Assembly: GCF_036365525.1 (NCBI RefSeq)
Contig: NC_090395.1
Location: 45,390,136 to 45,454,135, forward strand
Source: Heterodontus francisci
Taxonomy: Eukaryota
Length of the DNA: 64,000 bases
Direction of reading: 5' to 3'
This document shows positions 27,546 to 39,890 of this stretch, in pieces (position 1 is the first letter of the stretch; each line of letters begins with the position of its first letter). The position numbers and the translations under genes were made by a program. The notes beneath the pieces are model-generated. The model had not been told where the DNA came from, made no database searches, and was given only the letters and a program-made list of their open reading frames with translations.

Positions 27546-27650
27546 GGTTCCGATGAAAGGTCACAGACCTGAAACGTCAACTCTACTTACTTCTCTCTCC
27601 ACAGATGCTGCCTGACCTGCTGAGTATTTCCAGCACTTTTATTTTTATTT
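27546..27650 (+). mobile_element. Penelope-like terminal repeat fragment with a hammerhead motif (27546-27582)
   Basis: ggtt-ccgatga-a-aggtc-aca-gacct-gaaa-cgtc-aact followed by the conserved ctctctccacagatgctgcctgacctgctgagtatttccagca block. Confidence 0.75.
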
Positions 27651-27814
27651 AATATTATTTATTATTGAAGATCAATGGATTGGCTGCTTTGTGGGCAAAC
27701 TTCAAATTGCTCGTTAAATCCCTGGATGCACCCATTAATCTTGCCTTTTCCTCCAGTGGAAAAGTGATTCAATTTAACTCATCCACTCCAAATTTGCTAA
27801 TGACACAGACAGAG

Positions 27815-28240
27815 GTGAGATTGTAAACAGTGTAGTTGGAAGTTTAAAATTACAGAGATATTGATATATTAAGTGAATAGGAAAAACTGTGGCAAATGGA
27901 TTTCAATGTAGACAAATGTGAGGTCACCCACTTAGGACCTAAAAAGGATTGAACAGGGTACTTTATAAATGATGAAAAGCACAAAACAGTTGGGCTCCAA
28001 GGAAGCATGGGATCTAGGTATATAGATCATTGAAATGTTGTGAACAGGTACAGAAAATAATCAAACAGGCTAATGGAATTCTGGCCTTTATATCTGTAAG
28101 ACTGGAATACAAGGAGGTAGAAGTCATGCTTCAACTATGCCAAGCTCTGGTTAGAACACAGCTGGAGTACTGTGAGTAGTTCTGGGCTACACATCCTTGG
28201 GAGGGAGTGCTACATAGAATGATACTGGCACTCCAAGGGC
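27815..28240 (+). mobile_element. Older CR1 fragment that resumes at about 29818-29852
   Basis: WQMDFNVDKCEV-like and LVRTQLEYC-like motifs. The continuation aaactagggttgtattccctggaattta follows the nested copy. Confidence 0.7.
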
Positions 28241-29817
28241 TAAGGCACAAGGAGAGTACTTAAAGTGGATAAGGACCAGGACCAGATGAAATGCATCCAA
28301 GGATACTGAGGGAAGTGAGAGTGGAAATCGCAGAGGCACTGGCCATAAATTTTCAGTCTTCCTTAGACTCTGGGGTGGTGTCAAAGGACTGGAGAACTGC
28401 AAATGTTACACCCTTGTTCAAAAAAGGGTGTAAAGATAAACCCAGCAATTATAGGCCAGTCAGTTTAACTTCGGTGGTGGGAAAACTTCTAGAAAAAAAT
28501 AATTCAGGACAAAATCAATAGTCACATGGATAAATGCAAGATAATTAAGGAAAGCCAGCATGGATTTCTTAAGGGAAAATCATGTTCAACTAACTTGCTG
28601 GAGTTTTTTGAGGAGGTAACAGAGAGGGTTGATGAGGGCAATGCTGTTGATGTGGTGTACATGGACTTTCATGATACAGTGCCACACAACAGGCTTGTGA
28701 GCAAACTTGTAGCTCATGGAATAAAAAGGACAGTAGCAACATGGATACGAAATTGGCTGAGTGACAGGAAACAAACAGTAGTGGTTAATGGGTGTTTTTC
28801 GGGCTGGAGGAAGGTTTGTAGTGGAGTTCCCCAGGGATCACTGTTGGAACCCTTGCTTTTCTTGATATATATTAATGACCTAGAACTTGGTGTACAGGGC
28901 ACAATTTCAAAGTTTGCAGATGATATAAAACTTGGAAGCATTGTGAACTGTGAGAAGGATAATGTAGAACTTCAAAAGGACACAGACAAGTTGGTGGAAT
29001 GGGCAGACAGGTGGCAGATGATGTTCAATGCAGCAAAATATGAAATGATTCGTTTTGGTAGGAAGAACATGGAGAGAAAATATAAAATAAAGGGTACAAT
29101 TCTAAAGGGGGTGCAGGAGCAGAGGAAGCTGGATGTATACGTGCATAAGTCATTGAAGGTGGTAGGACAGGTTGAAAGAGTGGTCAATAAAGCATACAGT
29201 GTTCTGGGCTTTATTAATAGGGGCATAGAGTACAAGAGCAAGAAAGTTATGTTGAACTTGTACAGGACACTAGTTCAGCCTCAGCTGGAGTATTGCATCC
29301 AGTTCTCGGTGCCGCACTTGATGAAAGGGCATTGGAGAGAGTACAGAAAAGAGTCACGAGAATGGTTCCAGGAACGAGGAATTTCAGTTATGAAGATAGA
29401 TTGGAGAAGTTAGGACTGTTTTCCTTGAAGAGAAGGCTGAGAGGTAATTTGATGAGGCATTCAAAATCATGAGGGGTCTGGACAGAGTAGACAGAGAGAA
29501 ACTGTTCCCACTCCTGAAAGGATTGAGAACCAGAGGGCGCAGATTTAAAGTACTTGGTAAGGGAAGCAAAAGTGACATGAGGAAAAACTTTTTCACGCAG
29601 AGAGTGGTTAAGGTCTGGAATACGCTGCCTGAGAATGTGGTGGAGGCAGGTTCAATTGAAGCATTCAAAAGGGAATTAGACAATTATATGCAAAGGAAGA
29701 ATGCGTGGGGTTATGGGGAGAAGGCAGGGGAATGGAACTAAGGGAATTGCCCTTTCGGAGAGCCAGTGCGGACACGATGAACCGAATGGCCTCCTTCTGC
29801 ACTGTAACGATTCTGTG
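28241..29817 (+). mobile_element. CR1 LINE RT and 3' tail, nested in an older CR1
   Basis: 295-aa ORF with QHGFLKGKSCSTNLLEFF, GVPQGSLLEPLLF and KFADDIKL. Tail ctgtaacgattctgtga. Confidence 0.93.
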
Positions 29818-29852
29818 AGGTTAAACAAACTAGGGTTGTATTCCCTGGAATT

Positions 29853-30675
29853 TATTGTTCATCCTTAATTGCCCTTGAGAAGCTGGTGGTGAGTCGCTTT
29901 CTTGAATCGCTGCAGTCCATGTGGTATAGGTACACCCACAGTGCTGCTAGGGAGAGAGTTCCAGGATTTTGATCCAGCAAAAGGAAAGGAATGGTGATAT
30001 TGTTCCACGTCAGGATGATGAGTGACCTGGAGGGGAACTTGCAGCTGGTGATGCTCCAATGCGTCTGCTGCCCTTGTCCTTCTAGGTGGTAGAGATTGCG
30101 GGTGAGAAGGTGCTGTCGAAGGAGTCTTGGCGAGTTGCTGCAGTACATCTTGTATGTGGCACTGCTGCTACTGTGCACCAGTGGTGGAGGGAGTGAATGT
30201 TTAAGGTGATGGATGGTGTGGTGATCACGCAGGCTGCTTTGTCTTGGATGGTATCGAGCTTCTTGACTGTTGTTGGAACTGCAATCATCCAGGCAAGTGG
30301 TGACTATTCTATCACATTCCTGATTTGTGCCTTGTAGATGCTGGACAGGTTTTGGGGAGTCAGGAGGTCGTTACTCGCTGAGAATTCACAGCCTCTGACC
30401 TGCTCTTGTAGCCACAGTATTTATATGGTTGATCCAGTTAAGTTTCTGGTCAATGGTAACCCCCAGGATGTTGATGGTGGGGGATTCAGTGATGGAGATG
30501 ATCATTGCCTGGCACTTGTGTGGCATGAATGTTACTTGCCACTTATCAGCCCAAGCCTGAATGTTGTCCGGGTCTTGCTGCACGCGGGCAAGGACTGCTT
30601 CAGTATCTGAGGGGTTGCGAATGGTACTGAACATTACACAATCATCAGCGAACATCCCCACTTCTGACCTTATGC
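29853..30675 (-). mobile_element. LINE of the 5480-6935 family, 3' part
   Basis: MFADDCVMFSTIRN, ITESPTINILGVTIDQKLNW, HHQLLKGN tail. Confidence 0.88.
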
Positions 30676-31148
30676 AGATTCATTATAGTATATTTTGTAG
30701 CTATTATATTACTACATTATAAAATAAAGTATGCAAATCCTGTGGAATTTGTCAAGATTTAAAGATAAAAGAATTTCACAAGAATAATTGTATGCTGTGC
30801 TATTTTAAGTTTTAAATAATGTAATTGGACTTACCGAGTCTACTTTATTTTTGCTACTGTTGTACATATAAAGATTTTCAAAAGCCTGTAATTATTCACT
30901 GTTCATTTCATTGATTTTTAAAAAAATTTCTCCCAATTTCCATCTGTGACACTTGATCATTCGGACTGAGATTAATATTTTTCAGGCAACCTTACTATCT
31001 AGTTCAGTTTATCATTCACTCTAACAATTGATTTTTAATAGCTTGTCTTTAGACTAGCCAGGTCAGGATTGAACATTTATATGAAGGTCAGTTTACCTGA
31101 AGTTACCAAGATGGCGAATCCAACTTCTGATCAATTAGTTGAGAAATA

Positions 31149-31887
31149 GGCTGGAATTTTACGCCACCCAGCGAGCCGGATGGTAGCGAGGGGTGGGGGG
31201 GTGGTGTAAAATTGAGTGGGAGGCTTCGGGAGGCCTTCCCACCTGCTCCTGCCTCCGCCCCACTTTACGTGGGCTGGGGGGGCGGTGGGGGTGGCTACAA
31301 ATGGGCTGACCACCCCAGGCCAATCAAGGCCCTTAAGTGGCCACTTAACGGCCACTTAAGGGCCTTCGCCAGCCTCCATGGGGATTTTACCCATGGCAAG
31401 CGGGTGTCCGGGAAACATGAAAGGCTGCCCAGTGAAAGCTGGCGGCCTCTCAGCACCCCGGGGGTTGGGCCCTGACAAACAGGCATAGGGTGCATGATTG
31501 AGAGTTGTCCCTGCTTCCCCAACCACCCCCAGGGCTTGAGACGCACCCTTCCTCCCACATGACCACGCGACCGATCAGCCCGGCGAGGCAACCCTAATTT
31601 ATTGTAGTGCTGGCTCTGGCTCCATGTCCTCGGCTGGGCTGCAGTCCCAACAGTGGCCACCACATCCGGTGGCGCTGCTGGGACTAAGAGCTGCCAGCCC
31701 GATGATTTGCCTGCAGCTCAATGAGGCAGAACTTCCTTCATCAAGCGGGTGGAAGTCCCGCTTCGGAACAATTAAAGCCTGGGGACCCATGAAATGCAGG
31801 ACGGATCCCCATCCGGGCGGAAGCGGGTTCGCCACCGATTTTTACGTCGGTGGCCAGCTCCCGTCTGCCCGACGTAAAATCCAGCCC
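31149..31887 (+). mobile_element. Harbinger-type MITE family A, full length
   Basis: TIRs ggctggaattttacg / cgtaaaatccagccc. Exact ATA TSD at 31146-31148 and 31888-31890. Confidence 0.88.
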
Positions 31888-32232
31888 ATACAGTTGATTC
31901 CTTGTGGATAAATACAGAATGAGTATATAGAGGAGTGAAAGTATATCAGTGATTTCTGAGTGAGATACAGAAAATCTTTCATCCGTAGAAACATGTCATG
32001 ATGCTTTTTTTGTAATTATTTTTAAGGCTGTCATGACTGCTGCAAGTACATCTGTGCAACTCATATCCAAGGTCAGCTGTTATATGTCATTGTGAAACTG
32101 ACAATCAGTGAATCTGCCCCATTTGAGGAAAGCCATATTGCTGTGCCTACAACATAGAGGCCAGCAGTCAGTGCCCACCAGCAATGCCAATCATTCTCGA
32201 TAGTGCACAGGAACATAAGAACGTAGAAACAT

Positions 32233-32586
32233 GGGGCGGCACAGTGGCGCAGTGGTTAGCACTGCAGCCTCACAGCTCCAGCGACCCGGGTTCAATTCTG
32301 GGGACTGCCTGTGTGGAGTTTGCAAGTTCTCCCTGTGTCTGCGTGGGTTTCCTCCGGGTGCTCCGGTTTCCTCCCACAAGCCAAAGACTTGCAGGTTGAT
32401 AGGTAAATTGGCCATTATAAATTGCCCCTAGTATAGGTAGGTGGTAGGGAAATATAGGGACAGGTGGGGAAGTGGTAGGAATATGGGATTAGTGTAGGAT
32501 TAGCATAAATGGGTGGTTGATGGTCGGCACAGACTCGGTGGGCCGAAGGGCCTGTTTCAGTGCTGTATCTCTAAACTAAACTAAAC
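32233..32586 (+). mobile_element. HE1-like V-SINE inserted in a minus-strand CR1 3' tail (about 32210-32760)
   Basis: Complete head, V-domain and (TAAAC)n tail. The flanks gaacataagaac... and aggccattcaagccctcaag...gatcatggc are CR1-tail-like. Confidence 0.92.
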
Positions 32587-32844
32587 AGGAAAGGCCATTC
32601 AAGCCCTCAAGCCCATTCTAGCTTTCAGTTAGATCATGGCCAATATGTATCTTAACTCCATCTACCCACCGTGGTTTCGTAAACCTTAATACTATTGCCT
32701 AACAAAAATCTATCAATCCTAGTTTCGAATTTTTCAGTTGATCTAACTTTAACAGCTTTTCAAGTGTGTAGTTCTTCTAATTTTATTTTCCGTTCTAATG
32801 CCACTTGTGATCTACTTATTCATGCCATTTGCCAAAGAAAATGC

Positions 32845-33090
32845 CCAATCCCACGGTTGCATTTGAAGAAGGGCAGGGGTTTCTGGGCAACTTAATATCC
32901 CTCAACCAATACTTAAAACAGATGATCTGGTCAATAAGTTAATTGCCACTTGTGGGAACTTGATGTGTGCAAACTGCCTGCCACTTTGCTTACAACAGTG
33001 ATTACACTTCAAAAGTAATTCATTGGCTGTGAAGCATTTTGGGATACCCTGAGTGTCTGAAAGGTACTATCTAAATGCAACTTATTTCTT
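32845..33090 (+). mobile_element. Deu-domain SINE (SacSINE1/AmnSINE1-like), decayed
   Basis: tttgaagaagggcagggg...tatccctcaacca...acagatgatctggtca...tacaacagtgattacacttcaaaagtaattcattggctgtgaagcattttggga. Confidence 0.78.
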
Positions 33091-33455
33091 GCTTATTCTT
33101 TCTATAATTCTCAATTAGTGAAATAATGAGTGTTATGCAAGTTACTTATTAAATAGTTCATTTCAGGCACAAGTATGTAAGACAGTATGCATTTACTGTC
33201 TTAATGCCATATTTTAATTGTATGCTATTTATACTTTGGGTTTATCAAGATGAAGTATATCATTAGTAAAGATTTTTTTTCACCTTTTTGCACTAGTTTC
33301 ATTGTGGGGGCTGTTATGTATTCGCTGGCTTCCTGGATATTTTATATATTTGATTTATCTCAGAGCGATGTAGAGATGACACTAGTTTTAAGTCAACAAC
33401 AGGTTTATTTACAGTACTTTAAAATATTGCAGCACTTGCAAGATTTCTACACATT

Positions 33456-34596
33456 GAGTCGAATTTTATGTTGGTGGCAGGGGGTCGCGACATCAGGGGA
33501 AACCGACGCCGAGATCCTCACATCACCTCTTGTACGAATCAGGCACTTAACTGGACAGGAGTGGGCCTTCCGTAGGATTTAGGACCCAGTCCCGGGAAGT
33601 CCTGACCTATCAGAGGCTGGCAGCTGCAGTGCCACCACGGAGGCAGTAGTTGCTGCTGCAGCTGCAGTGACCAGACACCCAGTAGCGGGGCAGGAACAAG
33701 GCTTAAGGTAGGTCAGGGCGGGAGGGGTCTCGCGGGGTGGGGGTCATGGAGAGGGAAAGGGGGTCAACAGCAAGGGCAGTGGGTGGCCTTCAGTGGGACC
33801 CCTCCTTCTTGATGCCGGGTCCCTCGTTCAGGCACCCATCCAATAACATTCACTCGTTACACCAGCGATGCACAGTGGCAGCAGTGTGTACCATCTACAA
33901 GATACACTGCAGCAATGCACCAAGGCTCCTTAGACAGCAAGTTCCAAACCCGCGACCTCTACCAACTAGAAGGACAAGGGCAGCAAATACATGGGAACAC
34001 CATCACCTGCAAGTTCCCCTCCATGCAACACACCATCCTGACTTGGAACTATATCACCATTCCTTCACTGTCGCTGGGTCAAAATCCTGGAACTCCCTTC
34101 CTAACAGCACTGTGAGTGTACCTACCCCACATGGACTGCAGAGGTTCAAGAAGGCAGCTCACCACCACCTTCTCAAGGGCAATTAGGGATGGGCAATAAG
34201 TGCTGGCCTGGCCAGTGACGCCCATATCCCATGAATGAATTTTTAAAAAGTGTCTTTGAATGAGGGAACCCCCCGCCCCCACCCCCTACAGCCGGGAAGC
34301 AGCCTGCATGGTTTTTGCTACCGTGGTTCCCATGCCTGCTGAACATGTAATTGCGGCTACGATGGGAAGAGGCCCTTAATTAGGGATTAATTACTCAGTT
34401 AAGGGCCTCAATTGGCGGTGGGGCAGAAAGGCCGATCACAAGTCTTCCCGCCCCAGACTAAATTGCTGTGGAGGCAGGATGGTGGCATGGTTCCTCCCCC
34501 ACCACCTCCACCTCACCTCACCTCACCACCATCCCACCTGATTTTATGCTCACTCCGCCTCCAAACCCGCCGTGGAGGAGAGCATAAATTACACCC
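33456..34596. mobile_element. Harbinger-type MITE inside the Gypsy LTR, with a nested LINE 3' end
   Basis: Termini gagtcgaattttatg / cataaattacaccc. Exact ATT TSD at 33453-33455 and 34597-34599. Confidence 0.75.
33828..34250 (+). mobile_element. 3' end of the 5480-family LINE
   Basis: Near-identical to 6515-6925 (NIHSLH..CTVAAVCTIYK, tail aagggcaattagggatggg). Confidence 0.9.
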
Positions 34597-34657
34597 ATTG
34601 TCTCTACTAGAACTCAGGTCTCTTTATCCGGAACCTTCTCAATGGTTTCCATTCACT

Positions 34658-35417
34658 AGGCTGAATTTTATCAGCTTGCCGCACATCTCGGCAGCCGCTT
34701 TGAAGTTGGCGGTCTTCAGACACTGAAGTGCAAATATTGCGGGGGCTCATTTAAATGGAGGGGGCACAGCGGCTGCCTCCGATGACGTAGAGGGGGTGGC
34801 CGCTCCGTCCCCGGCAATGGTGTCGGGTGCCACCGTGCAGGCACTGGCGCCATTTTTAAAGGGCTTCAAGCCCTTAGGAACAAATTACATTTTTAAAGTC
34901 AAATTATCGTGCATTTTCATTTAAAAAATAATTAAAAGCAGGAGGCCCTTTCCCAACATCCCACCAATGTTTTTTTTGGTAAATATATAGACAATTTACT
35001 TTATTCCCAACCCGAACTTCCCCCCGCTAACCTCGTCACTTTTGCCATTCAACCTCTTCCCACCATCTCCACAGCCAATAAAAAGTGTTTTTCCTGCTCC
35101 CACCCACCTCTCAACCTGAAAATTAAACAGTTCACCCCTCCCCACCAGTGTCTTGCCTTGAATCCCCAAACAGGGACACAAGATGGCCGCCCGGTTTAGA
35201 TAATTTGTTAACCATGTATTGGCATTAAGTATCAGATGTTAATGAAGGCCCCACCACTGAGCGGTGGGGGGACCATACTGAGGCCTCGCCACCGCCGGTA
35301 AAATGCAGCGAGGTCTTCTCGGCATCGGGGGTCATGGTGGGCTGCTCCTGCAAGTATTTTATGGGTCCCCCACCCCGCCACAACTCCCGACATCAAAGGG
35401 ATGGTAAAATTCAGCCC
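34658..35417 (-). mobile_element. Harbinger-type MITE family B
   Basis: TIRs aggctgaattttatc / ggtaaaattcagccc. Flanks act / att. Reverse-complement homolog of 51737-52480. Confidence 0.82.
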
Positions 35418-38400
35418 ATTAACTCTCAAGCTCCACCCACAGGCTTAAGCAATTAAGCACAGTGAACATTGATCAGTGAACAGACTAACACAAACAAACA
35501 CAGATCAATTAAGCCATTAAACACTACATCTTTTCCCCCTTTTGACTAAAGACATTGTTTTGAATTAAAGCATGCTGAACAACAAACATATATACATCGC
35601 CATTTCTTAGTGTCCAACTTATCTGTTTTCTCTAAATACAGAAATAGGCTTTGAGATATGAAAGGTCTCTTAGGTCTGCAACTAGATTTAAGAATTTGAG
35701 GTTGTGATCCTGTGTGATCAACTTGATGAGGTGGATGATCAACATCACTCATAGGAAAAGAAAATGTATCCTCATAACTACTAATCTCAAAATAACCTGA
35801 TCTGTTCGCTATCAAACGTTTTGCATTCCACTTGGTGTTACCATCCAACAGATAAGCATTGGTACTGAGTAACTGCTAGATCTCTTTGGATCTGATACCG
35901 ATGAAGCCAGTTTGGAGTCGTGGTTTGGCCGTTTGATTTTAACCCAATCTCTAACTTTAAATTGTGGTTCCCTTGCGCCTGTGCATTTGTCAAAATATGC
36001 TTTTACTTTACTTTGCGATTTCATCTTCTTTCACTCTGACATTCTCATTAACTGGTAATGATCGCTTAAGAATGGTCAGTGGCATGCGAAAATTACAACC
36101 TTCATAAGTTGGGCTGGTGTCTTTCCAGTCAGAGAGTGTGGGGTAGATGGATATGCGTGGAGGAGGATGTGAATGGATTATTCGAATCTTTTCCCCACCG
36201 ACATACTAGCTTTCAGATTTTCCTTTATCACCCTGTTGAATTGTTCAATGCCATCATTCAATTATTGGTTGCAGCGTGATGTCAGATGGTGATGAATTCT
36301 GTAACTTGCTAGGAACTCTGTGACCTGACAGGAAACAAACTGTGATCCTTTGTCTGTAGTGATAGTCTCCGGCAAACCCCATTTTGTAAACAACTTGCCA
36401 GAATGTCAATGACTGAAGTGGTTGTAATGGAATTTGTTGTCGCAAATTCCAATCATTTGCTAGGTAGATCATGAGCAACAATCAAAAAAATGTTGATTTC
36501 TAGGAGCTGCTTGCACTTTTCCAAAAATATCAACTTGGATTTGTTACCATGGTTTTATTGGCCCTGGGTTGGTTGTAGAGGCGTGGGACACACTTTAACA
36601 GCTTTTTCACTGAGCGCACAAGCTACACAGTCCCAAATAAACTCTTCTATACAACAATCTATTGCCGGTCACCAGACTGCTTCACGGGATCATTGTTTCA
36701 TCTTAGCAACACCTGAATGTCCTTCATGGGCAAGATGCAATACATGTTGCTGTAGGGCCTTGGGATAACTGCTTGAGTTCCGTGTGCAATACAGTTATCA
36801 CTAAACAATGTAACTTCATTGTGTACTCTGTAATACGGGCTCAATTCTTCCCCTATATCATGAGGCCACTCTGTTTTTAGGTACTCATTTACTTGCTGCA
36901 GTATTCTGTCTGCTGCTGACTCAGCCTCCAATTCCTCTCATGTAATAAGATTCATAGTCATGTGCGAAATCACTGCGATCACGTAATCTTCAATGTCACA
37001 AGTTGCTTCGCTATCTAACATTGTCTTTAGTAGTATTATGGCTAAGCATATCAGCTACTCAATTGGTTGAACCTTCAAGATACGCAATCTCGAAGTCATA
37101 CTGATGAAGACGACTGGACCATCTATAGAAACATAGAGGTTGATGACCTGATCCTTATGTAGCTAACAATGTAGTCAATGCTTGGTGATTGGTGTGGAGA
37201 GTGAACTTTCTACCATAAAGATACATGTGCCAATGTTTACGTGCATGGATGCAAGCTAGTGCTTTCCACTCTCCAGTAGAGGATTTGCGTTCAGTTTCTG
37301 ACAACGGACATGAAGCGTAAGCAATTGGTCATTCGCTTCCTTCAGTGGACTGTGCAAGTGCAGCTCCAATTGCATGTCCTGGTGCATCTGTTGTGATGTA
37401 TGTTTCTGCATGTGGGCTGAAATATGCGAGGACCAGCAGAGATGTTCGCTTCACCTTTAAGGTTTCAAACACTGATTGCTGTGCGATTGTCCATTCCCAC
37501 TGAGCATCTTTGCACAGTAGCTTCTGAACAAGCTCCATGATCTCTGTGTATTTAGGAATGAATTTATGATAAAAGTTGGTAGTATCTAGGAACGATGCCA
37601 ACTCTTTCACATTAGATGGTGTTGGAAGCGCATGAATGGCTTTGATATTGTCGTGTGTAGGCTTTACTCCAGCTGCTGTCACTCTCTAACCTAGAAAGTT
37701 CATTTCGGATGCCATGAATGTGCATTTGTTCTTGTTGAGTGTCGAACTGCTGCTGATAATCGTTGATCATGTTCAGCTTTGTCCCTTACATGGACAATGA
37801 CATCATCAGTAGGTTGAGCATCCCCTCAACATTCGTCAAGACTGAAGAAACAATCTTCTGGAATGCGCTAAGTGCTGAACTTAACCCATAGGGCATTCTG
37901 TGGTATTGAGTAACAAAAGCTGTAAGATATTGGATATGTTCTTGTAGAGTATCTGAAAATAGCTCCGTCGCATATCAAGCTTTGTGAAGACTGTGGAGTC
38001 ATGAAATGATGCTGACAGCTCTTGGATTGGAATAAGTGGATATTTGTCTGGTATGATAGCTTTGTTGACTGCCTTAGATCAACAGTCTAAGTTCACCATT
38101 TTCTCATCATGCAATGACTAGATTTGATATCCACGGCGATGAGCCAATTCGCTCAGTCATTTCAGCTGCTGTGACACTTCGGCATGGATTGCAAATGGCA
38201 ACTGTCTCAAATTTTGTGAAGCTGGTTGAATTGGTGTCAACACAAGGAGCAGGACAGTACCCCTAGATCTCCCTGCGGTCTCCTTGTCCATAATTCTTGC
38301 ACTGAAGCTGGTTTGGCAAGCTGTGGTTGCAACCCTGAGTCTAAGGGTGCATGTGTGTGTAACCTCTTCAAATCTAATATGGTAGATTCGATTTGGATAT

Positions 38401-38419
38401 ATGATTGAACTTCATTGAA

Positions 38420-39013
38420 CACCTCATTGAGGCAGGAAGTCCTGCCTAATGGAGCTGCCAGCCAATCAGCGGGCTGGCAGCCATTAGTCCCAGCAGCGTC
38501 ACTAGGAGCGGTGGCCACTGTTGTGATTACACCCAGCCAACGGAAGAAGATGAAGGACGGCCCCGGGAAAAAGGTAAGTTTTTAGGACCTCGCCAGGGAC
38601 AATCGGTCAGGCCCTGGTGAAGCAAGGGGGCTTGGTTATGGGTTCAGGGGGAGTGTTGTGCGTTGGGGGTAGTTGGGGCTTTGGGGGCAGCCCTTGCTGG
38701 GGCATAGGGTGCCCAATCAGGCGAGCCCTCACAATAAGGCCACCTAGTTTTATCAGGCGGGCTTTTTGAGGCCTCAGCCACCCACCCGCCAAGGGTAAAG
38801 TACCTGTGGCGGCAGGCGGAGGCCCTTAAGTGCCAGTTAATTGGCCACTTAAGGGTCTTGATTGGCCTGGGGTGAGAGGGTGGCTGTTTTTCACCGTTGA
38901 CGCCCCGGGTAAATTGGCAACAGGGGTGGGAGGGGGTCGAGAACAGGCCCCCGCCTCACACTTAATTTTGCGCCCCCACCCCGCTTGTTTGGAGGAGGCG
39001 TCAAATTCCAGCC
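38420..39013 (-). mobile_element. Harbinger-type MITE family A, truncated
   Basis: Terminus gtcaaattccagcc at 39013. Reverse complement of the 31149 element (ggccacttaaggg.cttgattggcctgggg). Confidence 0.8.
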
Positions 39014-39120
39014 ATAGTGTACTTAAAGGTCTTCAATGAATAGCTGAACATTTGATTGCTTAACAACTGAAATTGTATATTGCTAACTCTAACTTCTCAG
39101 AGTCAATTGTTTTTATGCAT

Positions 39121-39890
39121 ACAACAACAACTTGTATTCATATCGACCTTTTAACAAAGTAAAGCATTCCAAGATGCTTCACAGGAGTGTTATCAAACAA
39201 AATCTGACACCAAGTCACATAAGGATTTATTAAGGCAGATGAGCAAAAGTAGTAGGTTTTAAGGAGCATCTTAAAGAAAGAAATAGGTAGAGACGCATTG
39301 AGGTTTAGGGAGAGAATTTCAGAGCTTAGGGCCTTAGCAACTGAAGGTACAGCTGCCAATGGGGAGGGATTAAAATTAGGGATGTGCAAGAGACCAGAAT
39401 TAGAGGAACGCAGATATCTGAGTGTTGTAGGGCTGGAGGATGTTACTGAGATAGAGAGAGTCGAGACCATAGACAGATTTGAAAGCAACAATGAGAATTT
39501 TTAAATCAAGGCACTGGTTAACCGGGAGCCAATATAGGTCAGTGAGCACAGGGGAGATGGGCGAATGGCACTTGTTGCAAGTTAGGATACGAGCAGCAGA
39601 ATTTTGGATGACCTCAAGTTTAGAATGTGGGAGGCTGGCTTGTAATTTGTTAGAATTATCAGGTCTAGAGGTAACAGGCATGGATGAGGGATTCAGCAAC
39701 AGTTGAGCTGAGGCAGGGGCACAGTTAGGCAATGTTATGGAGGTGGAAATAGGCCGTCATAGTGATGGCACAAATATGTAGTCGAAAGTTCATCTCAGGG
39801 TCCAAGGTTGCGAACAGTCTGGCTCAGCCGCAGACATTTGCCAGAGAGAGGGATCGAGTCAGTGGCTAGGGAATGGAGTTTGTGGCAGTA
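39121..39890 (-). mobile_element. L2 LINE 3' end
   Basis: KLEVIQNSAARILT..HSPISPVLTDLYWLPV, (gtt)n-type tail. Confidence 0.85.

Larger units (their letters stand above)
33369..38410 (-). mobile_element. Decayed Gypsy/Ty3 LTR retrotransposon (RT, RNase H, integrase, PPT, 3' LTR)
   Basis: PTPSNVKELASFL..NFYHKFIP, YITTDA.GHAIGAALAQ, AHEGHSG...WDCVAC (HHCC), IEQFNRVIK. PPT aaaagggggaaaaga at 35543-35529 abuts TGTAG at 35528. Domain order is RT-RH-IN. Confidence 0.88.

Noticed and set aside
32233-32300. tRNA-like A/B box sequence
   Set aside because: It is a SINE head that runs directly into the V-domain, not a tRNA gene. The same holds for the other copies.
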